A stretch of DNA of 64,000 nucleotides from contig CM102286.1 of the NCBI GenBank assembly GCA_046563655.1, positions 3,224,001-3,288,000 on the forward strand, given 5' to 3'. The translations under genes and the position numbers were made by a program. How positions within the stretch are numbered: the stretch's first letter is position 1; the number at the start of each line of letters is the position of its first letter. The notes beneath the pieces were generated by a model, which saw nothing but the letters and a program-made list of their open reading frames with translations, did no database searches and was not told the DNA's origin. This DNA comes from Yuukianura sp. NJ FZ-2021. Taxonomy: Eukaryota. Below, piece after piece: positions 52,782 to 64,000 of the stretch.

Positions 52782-53326
52782 TATTGTCAATGTTGTGTAG
52801 CTCTTGTGCGCCAAATTGAAACTGAAACGCTAAACTGCATCCAGCAGAGGTAAAGCGGAAACCGAAATTTTGAAACCCATTGTTAATAAGTGTACATTTC
52901 TTCGGATATATGTAATATTTGGACATGTAATTTGAAAACATGTTATTAGAAGACAGTATTTAAAAATCTTAATTTTGATTTTCATATAATCGAAAATCAG
53001 ATAAAGAAAAATCAACATCAACTTTTAATTAAAAGAAGTTTTTGAGCATCTAGCTTTAGTTAATTTTGTTATTCGAGCGCGCACTTATTCAATTACTATT
53101 TCAAACATAGCTATCAGATTTTAACTATTTGCTAATGCTTTGAAAGTTTCGATGATTATTATGACACAATACTTTGCGAAGTTTTTGTTAATAAAATGTA
53201 TAGGGTGACGGTCTTTCCTTACTATACTTTTGCCTACATATATGCTCTTCCTAAATTTTGAGTTTTATGGATTTGTTTCTACAACACAGTACTTACAGTA
53301 TTATATATTTATAAGGCAGTCGTCGT

Positions 53327-53404
53327 TTACCAAACTTTTCATTCAACTGTTGTTGTACAAGATCATCCAAAATGTCCAGCATCCAGCTCGATTTTAGTCT
53401 CCAT
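53327..53404 (-). pseudogene. Collapsed remnant of a GR-like exon 1
   Basis: ATG-start METKIELDA lies directly beside sequence resembling the exon-1 end (LNEKFG followed by gtaa). Confidence 0.55.
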
Positions 53405-53987
53405 ATTTCATGGTAGATTCAGATTAGACTCGTGAAGCGAATAACAACAAAATATGATGGTTCAGCTCCACAATACGGGAGTTTATTGAAACAAAATTAC
53501 GACTAGACGTAGGTACATACTATATGTATCTGGTAAAACATTTTAAGATAAAAAAAGTGCATCACTGAGGCATTGCTAGAATCCTTACAGAGATTAAACA
53601 ACATATATGGTTAAAAAGTTAAGCGCTGGAGTTATTTAAATTAAGTATAAATTGTATGTAACCTTTGCCGCTTATTTATTATGTCACTGTTCATTATTTA
53701 GGTACATGCTATGTAAATCCAGCTAGAAAAATTATTTACCTAAACTTTTAATCGACAATTAATAGTCCATTATAAACTATGCTAGCGTTGCAAAACCAAA
53801 ATAATATGCTGAGAAAAACCATTTTGTGTAGGAAAAAAACAACTTTTGTATTCAGAAAACAGGAAACTATACACTAGAGTATGGTAAGGTTATCACAATT
53901 TGTGATATCATGCAAAACTTTGCACTTTTGAACCATTTTTACAACGTATGTTTAATGTAAGTATGTAAGTACAGCTCACATAGTAAT

Positions 53988-55345
53988 TTACAAAGTGACA
54001 AGCACATATGTTATGGTATTCATGAGTAAACCAATGGTTGAAATCTTAGTACTCTGTTTATAGTAGAACAAAGAGTTGCTCCATTTAAGCGGTCGGAAGG
54101 CTGAAATATTTGTTTCAAAGATTAACTTTTTTGTTGTGTTGGCCTTTCGGAGTTCGAATTTTAATTTTTGTGAGTTTTCATATATGTTGGCCATTGACGA
54201 ATTTAGATATACATCCAACGACGAAACAAAAATTACAATACCCGGAGAAAGCAAAAGCAGAATGAAATTGACAGAATCGGACAGGCGAATAGTTACATAC
54301 GAGGCGGCAATAGCGCATACTTGAGATATAAGTTTCTGAACGTCGTACATGGAGAAATCATCCCAAGTATTTACAAGTATTCTCAACATTTTCATCAATT
54401 CAAGTACTTCTCCAATTCTTCCAAAGCACAGCCATTCTCTAAATATTAAAGTAAGTATTATACTTTGTATTATATAAATCTATTACATTCAACAATTACT
54501 CATTTTTTGAAGATTTAATATTTTAGCTTGCAATGTAAAATTTACTTTGCCTTCTCGGTCCAAAAGTATATAGTACACAAGTGTAAGTATGCAAAGGAAG
54601 ATAGCACGCTAAACCCAATGATGGCTCGAACCATAAGCCAGAGTTCAAGTACAGCAAAAACCGTAAAAATCCACCAAGTTTTGAATTCCATCGGCAAAAT
54701 GGAGTAGACAAAATTGGGATTCTCTCGCATAACCGGAAAGATAAATAGAGCCAACGAAGCCAAGCAGTAGAAAGAGTTCTGAACCTTTTTGACAATTTTG
54801 TCACGCCGTTCCGAAATTTCACATTTCAGGTTCAGTTTTGCCAATCCTACAAACAATAAACCATATAGTGAAAATGTATATAAGGATTAATTAATTTCAG
54901 AACAAGTATCAAGAAGTAAGAAACACTATTTTTAAAGTTGAATTATGTAACTACATTTACCAAAGTTTTCATTAAAGCGTCGTACAACATTAAACCAATT
55001 GCAATAACTGTCGTTGTACTTGACAAAAAAGTATTGATGCAAAACTAGCAAACTGTTTTTGATTAGATAGTAAAGATGGAAAGTAAACGGAACAGCAAAG
55101 GCTTCTTTATTGCAATATTTCCAGTCGTAGTAAGGAGCTACGTTTGGAACCAAGAGTCGTGCTAAAATAAATCCAAAATAAACATAAATTATAAAGGAAT
55201 TCACATAAGCAAAGTACAACTTGAATTTTGATTTGGTTGGTTTCAATTCCTTGGTTTTTGGATCCCAATCCGATGGAATAGTTCCAGAATAGCAAGCAAT
55301 TTTAACAAAGTGTTCGATTGAATCCAATTCTACTTTTGTAACCAT
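53988..55345 (-). CDS. Gustatory-receptor-like 7TM chemoreceptor 3
   Basis: Close paralogue of receptor 2; ends LLMNTITYVLVTL*. Confidence 0.75.
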
Positions 55346-56121
55346 GTTGTCAAAGTTGGGTCGTACTGGAGAGCCAAATTGAAACTGTAACGCTAAATAT
55401 TATGAGTATCTTCAATTAAGTAAGGAAGGAGAAATTGAAACTTTGAATTTCAAATGATAATTCTTCACCTAATCTGTTGACTTTCATATGGAAAAGGTTT
55501 TTTTAATTATATGAAACTGAGAGATATCATCTAAAAACCTTAGTTTAATTCAAAGCTAACCGAATATCAGATACTGAAGAATCAACAACTTATAATTCAT
55601 GGAATAATGTAAACCTTTCATTAATGCTGATTTTGTTATTTGCACTGCGCCTATGTTATTACTAGCTCTAGCATTCCAGACCGTAATTACTTGATTCGAA
55701 ATTTTTTGATAATTACGCAAGAATCAGTTCAAAATTCTTGGTAATGTGTACAACATACACTTAAGAATATATAGCAAGATGAGCAATTATGCTGGAGTAA
55801 GTAACCACACTTAATGGCTTCGAATATTACGAAAACCTTTTACTTTTTTACTTGTATACTGTTTCTGGTACTGGTATTCACACAATTTTTTTCGATTTGC
55901 TCATTTTACGCGGAATTTATAGTTTGCAGAACGTAGCAGAAACTGGTTTTGAGTAACAAATTATTTAAATGGTGGTTATTTTATTTTTTAATACTACTTC
56001 AGTAACAATTAGTTATCGTTATTACGATAGAATTAATTCTACGGACGTGTTACTCTTGATTTATTCATTGACTCAAGCATTAGTCGACCATGGGCTTAGG
56101 TGTAACACTCACAACAAATAT

Positions 56122-57488
56122 TCAGAAAGTGACTAGTACATATGTTATGACATTCAAGAACAATCCAATTGTTGATAATTTAGTGCTGCGTTGGTAGTAA
56201 AACACTGAGTTGCTCCATCTAAGCGGCCTGAACGCTGCAATATTTGCCTCAACAAATAAATTTTTTGTTATATTCGCCTTCTTCAACTCAAATTTTAAGT
56301 TTTGCGATTTTTCATACACGTTGGCCATCGACGAAGTGAGGAATAAGTCCAGTGATGCAAGGAAACTTGAAAGGCCAGGAGAATATAAAAGGATGATGAT
56401 ATTGATAGACGGAGAAAGGCGTATAGTTACGTACGCAGAAGCAGTAACTCCAAGTTGACATACAAATTTCTGATTCTCGAACATGGAGAACTCATCCCAA
56501 ACATTCACTAGTACTCGCAACGCTTGCATCAATTCAAGGACTTCTCTTATTCTTCCAGATTCCACCCATTGCCTGAAAATTCAATTAGTTCTTATTGATA
56601 CATTGTATATTGTATTATAATGTATATTGTATTTCATCTAAAAACTTATATTAAGTAGTTGTTGAGATGCATTTTTTTGTAATTTTGATAAATTCTGAAA
56701 TTAAACTTTACTTTGACTTCTCGGTCCAAAAGTGTAGTGTCCGAAGATGCAAGTACGCCAAGGAGAATAAGAGGGCATACCCAATTATGGTTCGTATCAT
56801 ATGCCAGAGTTCAAATACAACGCACATCATAAAAATCCACGACGTTTTGAATTCGTCTGGGAAAACGGAGTAGAAGAAATTCGGATTGTTGCGCATTACC
56901 GGAAAAACGAACAAGGACAACGAACCTACGATGTAGAGAAAATTCACAAACTGGCTGACAACCTTGTCACGCCGAGGAGTTTTAGAATACAAATTCAGTT
57001 GTGACATTCCTGCAATCAAAAATATTAATAGTAAAAGCATTTCTCTAAAATCTCTAAAAGAAATATTATAGATGAATTTAATAATACGTGTATGTGTATA
57101 GTTTACCAAAGTTTTCATTGAATTGTCGTACAGCATTAAACCAATGGCAGTACCTGTGGTTGTACTTGACGAAAAAATATTGATGCGACAATATTAGGAG
57201 GTCTCTCAGTGAATAGTAAAGGTGAAAAGAAAAGGTAACGGCAAATTCTTGTTCCTTGTCGGATTTCCAGTCGTAAGGAGTGACATGTGGAACAAAGAGT
57301 CGTGCTAAAAGAAACCCAGAGTATACGCAAATTATGAAGAAATTTATAAAACCCAGATAAAACTTGATTTTTGATCTAGTTGGTTTCAATTCTTTGGTTT
57401 TTGAATCCCAATCCGATGGAATAGTTCCTGAATTGCAAGCAATTTTAACAAAGTGTTCGATTGTATCCAACTCAACCTTTGTAACCAT
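56122..57488 (-). CDS. Gustatory-receptor-like 7TM chemoreceptor 4
   Basis: Paralogue; ends LFLNVITYVLVTF*. Confidence 0.75.
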
Positions 57489-58387
57489 AATGTAAAAGTT
57501 GTGTCTTACTGAAGCGCCAAATTAAAACTGTACTACCAGAAGGTTGCACAAGGCGCCAGTACTAAAGTTTATAATCTTGGAATAAAATGTTACCCTTGAG
57601 TTCTAACTACTTTTTTTTCAAAATAGAAAATCACAAGATTGCTTGTCAAAAACATTTTTAATTTGCAGTTAATAGTGGCAGATAAGCAAAAATCAGGGAA
57701 AAAATTGACACTAACTTATTCTCAGATCTTTGTAACTGACTTTATGCCTTGAAACACATATCAGACATAGTAATTATTTTCCCTCTAGTTAGTTTTAGTC
57801 TATTGTTGATTGACGACATGTGCCAATAATTATGCAAAAACTGTTCAACCTTTCTCATTTTCCAAGAGTTTAGTTTTGATTGCTTTCACTATTACGCAAA
57901 ACTGGTTTTCTGATTTTACGAAACATATATTTAAGAGGCAGTTTAGAAAACAGATAAATCATTTTTATTCTCGAAAAGTAAGTTTAATCGATTAATTAGT
58001 ATTTAGTGTTTGTTACGCTTTACCTTGGATCTCAAGCATTACGACTAATTACTTCTTAGAATATTTTGAATTGAACTTAGAAAACAGTTTTAACATTGAT
58101 TTTCAACATTTCATTTCTTGGTGGAACAAATCCTTTTAAATTACAATTACGAGGAAAACTGTGTATAATTTTTTAGAGAAAAGTCTTAATACATATTATG
58201 TTAACGTACTTCATGGATACTGCTTAATCTAATAATATTATTGGACATAATAACTAAGAAATTAGACAAAAGATTAGGGTGGAAGTATCACAGTTATGGA
58301 GTTGAATTGAAGCCGGGATAAACCACAACGAGATTCCGACAATCAATGGTAAAAGCTGAACGCAAATTTCACTTTAAATTCATTTGT

Positions 58388-61300
58388 TTAAAACAACAAA
58401 ATTGGAAGAAGTGAAAGCGTTAGGAAGGTGAGCAGCGGTCTTTTACTTGAGCCTTGACCTTGCATCGCAGCAGTTTTGTCTCCTACAATCAAAATTATGT
58501 TAAAGATGCTGTTTTTAAAAATTTGAAACTTAAGGAGCGGTTTTTTGGAACTTACCTTCAGACACAAAAATGCTGACTGACGCTGGTTCAGTATTGGAGG
58601 CCTTGCAGGTATAATTTCCAGAGTGTTGTGACCCTGCAGAAGCTACAGTGAGTCTAGAATGTGTATGAATGCCCGGTTCAGTATGGACGCTGACCCTGGT
58701 ACCGTAGTTGACCATTACATTGTTGTGGTACCAGTAGAGGTACTGGGGGGACTCCCGCGGACTCTAGAAATACACCAGGCGTTACAATTAATTAATTAAT
58801 TAAGATTTTAGTTAAGATAAACTGCAGTTTTAATAGTAGTAGCAATTATTGAGTCAATTTTAACCAAGTATTAAAGTAATTTTCTGAAAAGGACTCACTC
58901 ATCTAAAGTTTACATAAAGAATTCAAAAGGTATCGAATTTCAATTGAAACTTAAAAATCAAATTATTCTTCAAAGAGTTTTTATCGACTTGCTAGTATGG
59001 AAATCGTTGAAAGAATTTCAACAACGTTCCAAACTAAGTTTCTAGACGAACATTCTGATTTTCTTCATTAACTCTGAATGAAGTCAAGGAATAATGACAA
59101 GTCAATTTAGTTTTAATTTTGCTTTTAGTCTTTGTTGTTTCGAGTGCTTTCTACCAGTTAGAAACTGTTTTTGAAAAGAAGTGAGGTTCAGGTGTTGCTT
59201 TTGCTTTTGAGTGATTGAAGGATGAGAGATTGGTAGGGAATTGATTCCAGTGGGAATGTCAGAGGGATGATGAGATTTCCTTCTTTGAAGGCTTACAAAG
59301 CAAACTTCCCGCCTTTTGTGTACAAACGCTGTCCTTAGCCCATTCATCCCGCCAAAGTCAGGGACCTCTTGGATTATCTCCGAACTTCCCAGCGTCTCCC
59401 GGGACAGAACACCGAAAAATCCAACCTCAGAGGTCATCATCCACTTTCTCCACTTACTGTCTGTCCCCTCACTCTTGTTCGCACGTTTCAAATCCTTAAG
59501 AAATCAAATGAAATGGCGGGAAAATCGTAACCAGACGCTTTTGGACGGTGCCTTAAACCGGCCTCTTAAGAGAAAATGACTTATAGATTTACATCAGCTT
59601 AACGCAAGCCGTTTCTTTGCGTCCGAGAATTAAAAATGTCAGAGGTGAGTATAATCTTATCAGTTTCATAATTTTCTACTTTCTCTTTCTCGTACGGCTT
59701 TTAATTCACTAATCTCTTTTGTCATTTTGTTTTAAATTTTGGAAATTGAAAAGTTCTCCACTACTTTGTGGTGCTGCCGCCCTTTCATAGACTATTTATA
59801 GACAATGTCTTTTTTGTTTCCTTTTCTGTTTTCAAAGTTCATTGTCGGCTTTTTTGAAGATTCAATTCCTCTTTAGTTGATTAATTGTACGTGTTGAAAT
59901 TGAAGTGTGTTCAAATGTTTGGAAAGTGACTGCAATAAGACAAAATTGGACAAACAGTAGGTTTCGTTTGTATTGAAAAGAAGCGGGAAAGTCGGTTGAC
60001 TCCAATGTTTAAGTGAAAAAAAGAAAAGAGGTTTGGGATTGGAAGGAAAGCTTTTTTGGAGGAAAAGTTTTCAACTTCTACGTATCTGGACAGGACCGAG
60101 CGGAAGAGAGAAAGTAATCGCACACAAATTCATCGTCTGGCGCCAAAAAAAAGTCAGAAGAGTCAAAGCGCCAGTAGAATTTCTCCCCCTCAAAATCCAT
60201 TGACAAAAAAATGAAGGAAACGAAAAAGGAAAGTCCAGAGTTTTCCTGAAACATTTTGCAAAACTTTCTTCTCCTTTCAGCTCTACTTTTTCAACTGCTC
60301 AAAAATCTTCTATGTCCCAAATCTTCCCGAAAACACGAAATTTTCCTAAAGAAGACTCAAAGAATCACAAAATTTTACTAGAAAAGTAGAACTTTTGAAT
60401 AGACGCTTTTTTTTTATTACGGTTACACTATACTTCAAATCTGTTTACAATGTGAGACACGAGCTTCCTTCTTCCTTTCAGATTCATACATTTTCTTTCC
60501 ATCCAGTTACTTCCGGCAACTTAATGAAAATCTTCCCTTTCATCATCTCAATTCGATTGGAAGGACTTTTATAAGAAATTGAACCTACGTGAACAGCATT
60601 AACAAGGCACATAAAAAAGTCAACTTGGATTTCCTTGTGTCAAAGGACACAAACTTGAAATAAAGTTCCATGTAATGCACTTTTACTTAACCTAATCTCA
60701 ACATATCCAACCTAACATTAAATAACAGGAAATCAGAAACTTCCGAATCTACAAAAAAAAAGGCTTTCTTTTCCATAGCATTGGCAGCATTCCTTAAATA
60801 TCCAGCATTTTTTGGCGCCGAAAAATTTAGGTTATGAAAAATTTGGTCACTCGCGACATAGAAAGGAGTAGTCCGGGTTTGCTTAAGAAAGGGATAGGAG
60901 CTGGGCCCAATGGGAGTTTTACACAGTGCGAGATGGGAGATTTACACGGAGTTTTGCTCCCATTCATTTCTCTCATCTCATCTCCTATCTCGCGCAATGC
61001 ATTGCTTCGCGAGGGCCCAGACCCATCCAAACCCGGACTTGTCCTTTTAAAAGTTTCCAAACAGTCGTTCATCGAATTATGTTGGATTTTTATTACAAAT
61101 CGTTTAGAATTGACAATGAAATTTTTGTTTGCAAATGTTTTAACGTGAAAACTTTTTCAATATAAAGCCTGCGCAATCAAAACATTTTTTTTATCAACAC
61201 CCTAAACCTATAAATTTTCTGCCCAAAGTTTTCACTTTTACCGTTGCACGCACAATGTCCTTCCGACGACAAGTGAAAACGTACGCATTATGGAAATTTC

Positions 61301-63287
61301 TTGTTCTAACTGCACGCCAAGTTCTAAAGACTTTCTCTTTTTTTTTTTTTTGCTTTTTTATATAAATTCAAGGGACTTTTTTTAGAAACAAAACTTTTCC
61401 AGTTTTCTCTGAATTTTCTGTTTGTTTTGATTCCATTCGACCAAACCAACAAACCACAAATGCTTTCTGGATTGCATGCAATGCCAAAAGGACAAGAAAG
61501 TTAATAAAAGTCAAATGAATGTTGTCGCTTAGAAATTCAACTTGATGGACAAGGAAGGCGGAACTCCGTAATTGGAAAGTGGTAGAGTCACTTTCACCTG
61601 AACTCCGTCGGTGTCAAAGCAAATTGGCAAATTTCAAATTATGTCCACAAAAAGACTAGACCAGGCACTGTCCATTATTATTTGGCTGACCTCTGAACAC
61701 CATGTTCTCGTTTTTTACTTGTGTTTATTCTGCCATGTTTCTTCTAAAAGTTTCTTAGGAAAGGAATATTTTTTGTTCCTGAGTTAATGGTGGTGTAGAG
61801 CTGAATTGTTAGATTCGCTTTTAAAAGAAATTCTTTTTGCAAGAAGAACGCGAAGAAGTTAGTTTGCTTAGTCAGGCAAACGGATGAGACGTTTGGGCTG
61901 AGGTTGTTCCATATGAAAAGAAGACGGAAACGTATGGAGGTTACAAGAATAAAAAATATTTCGGAAAAACTATTTTTTAAAGCATGAATAGCGCAACTTT
62001 CCTTGTAACCTTTTCAGATTCTTCCAATTTTTAAGGTTTTTCAACTTTCTGTGCTCAGTCATGCCAAAACATACTTTTTCTTAAAAAAAAAACTGCCAGT
62101 ACTCCAATTTGTTCAATAAACCTTACAACTGCAAAACGTAATAAAGTTACAACCAATTTTTGGTCCAAGTGGAGACAGTTGTGGGAGTACTAAGTTTTTG
62201 AAAAATTTCAAATTCCTCTCAGGTAACTTTTCTAGTGAAAGTACTGCATTTTTGGCAAAAGCCAACTGAAGCAGGGTGTTCGCCATAAATCTTTGTCCGT
62301 TTTTGACCTCCTTATCAATTTCTATTTGTTCGAAATCAGCAATATTTTTTGACACTCCAACAAAATTTGAAAAAAAAAAGTTTGTGAGAGAAGGAAGGCG
62401 CCAAGAACAAAAACACGCCGATTGACTTTTGACATCTGAGGTCCTCATTTCACTTTTTTACAACTTTTTTTCTGTGAAAGTATCCAATTTGGTCGGGATT
62501 TTGCTCCAGTTGGCCTCACCACAAAGCAACACTTTTCGAAAACATTTTTTTTTTTGACAAATTTACATCATTTTTCAAAAAAAAAAAGTTTTCATCACAC
62601 TTCTTGTTTAAGAAGTCCGTTTTCAAACGTCGTCTGCAGGGTTGTTGGTGGACAAAATTTTTTTGAAAGCATATTTTTCAAGTAACTGAAAATTTTGTAT
62701 TTCTCCAAATTTTTTAAAAGTTGCTTGTAATGTGTTGGCAGTTGCCAAAACCAGGAAGTTCCGAAACTAGAATAACCTTGTCTAAAAGGTGAAATTTTTT
62801 TCTGACGTTTTCAACAACTGTTAAAGCGATGACGTGTAGTAAGCCAATTTATAGTGTAAGCGGATGCTGGATTTGTTATGCAAGAAAAGACTCAAGTTAT
62901 ACAGCTTCTTTCATCACCTTTCTCTTTATGAGGCAAAAGTAAAAGTTGGGCTCATAAAGCACTTTCTTTGCACAGCCAACTCTTACACTGTACTTTTCAC
63001 ACCAAAATCCGAATCCTCCAGAAATTCCTTCCAATTCAACAATGGTCGTTGGAGCGGAAGAGGTGATAAAAAATGGATATAACTGGCTCTCACTTTATGT
63101 TTCACAAGCGTGCGCGGGAAAAAAATAGTTCGTACATTTTTGAAAAACTTACATTTTCTACTATACAGACGAGACTTATGACGGTTCCTTGCTGGACGTG
63201 GTACTCCTTCGCTCCAAGAATGAATGCCTTGGGCACGAGTACTTCCAAGTTGAAAAAATGTGAAATTGTTCCCTTGCTAGTTGAAAC
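58388..63287 (-). CDS. dpr-family two-Ig-domain cell-surface protein, last three exons (5' part beyond the window)
   Basis: Exon 63153-63287 VSTSKGTISHFFNLEVLVPKAFILG...ISLVCIVEN; exon 58556-58763 SPQYLYWYHN...HSGNYTC; exon 58388-58482 gives a hydrophobic GPI-signal-like tail. Confidence 0.88.
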
Positions 63288-64000
63288 CTGAAATTCAACA
63301 GGTTAAAATAAACAACAATCAATTAACATTTTAATGAAAATATAATTACATTCATAACAAAATCCACCGTTACATCAAGCTAGTTTAAAATTTAGTGCAA
63401 CTGTCTAATATTTTTAGTCTTAAAATTTATTTATAAAGTTTTCAATCTCCAAAATTGATCTTTTTTCGTCGTTTCGGTTCCTATTTTTGAAAAAGGTGTT
63501 TAACAAAGGCTGCTCAGCAAAGAACGAGAAAAAGAGAAGAGATTTTGATTTGACCACCAGACACTCCGGAAAATGATGTTCAAATCACATTTCTCGGGGA
63601 ATATCTAGTGAAATAGTGTGGCGGCGGGCTTTTCATAGAAAATGGAACTCTTTTTTAAGAAATCGAATCTGAGAAGAAAAAGATGGAAGAATAATGAAGA
63701 AAAATTGAAAATGGGCGCTACGCTTTTTATCTCACTTTACTTTTTGCATGGGTTATTTTACTATAACGTAACGTAGTACGCAACGTTAAAGAAATCGACT
63801 TGAGCAGCAGTGGGATTAGATCGGGGCTTTCACCTACTTTCTCCGTCTGATAAAGATCCATTGCCAATGATCCAACGGAAGCCTCATTTCCGTGTGACGC
63901 AAGAAGACAGACAGCCTTAAACCCCATCTATTTCTTTTTCTACAGGAAGATAGATTCTTTTTCGATTTTCATTGGATATCATCTAAGAAATCATTTGAAA

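Noticed and set aside
58764..63152. ORFs of 60-129 aa inside the dpr-like intron
   Set aside because: No domains, splice support or compositional signal; treated as chance ORFs.

Overview
AT-rich eukaryotic DNA with short GT-AG introns, from an arthropod (probably a hexapod such as a collembolan; this is inferred from gene content only). In order along the window: a 587-bp tandem repeat; a disabled WDR3/Utp12 fragment; a ~220-bp repeat array beside three perfect heat-shock elements; DIS3 (-) head-to-head with MPP7-like MAGUK (+); KANSL1/NSL1 (-); a 5-exon Cys-rich gene; three tandem ZAD-like C2H2 zinc-finger paralogues; seven tandem, strongly rewired Rab6-derived GTPase genes; a WS/DGAT acyltransferase; a 2-exon secreted propeptide-like gene; a small pipsqueak-HTH gene; four gustatory-receptor-like genes plus a remnant; and the 3' exons of a dpr-family Ig gene. 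The best candidates for new biology are the Rab6-derived array (catalytic Gln replaced by Arg/Lys, altered G4/G5 motifs, CaaX tails, variable switch regions) and the Trp-rich neuropeptide-like precursor. All gene models were built by eye from splice signals, and no database searches were run.
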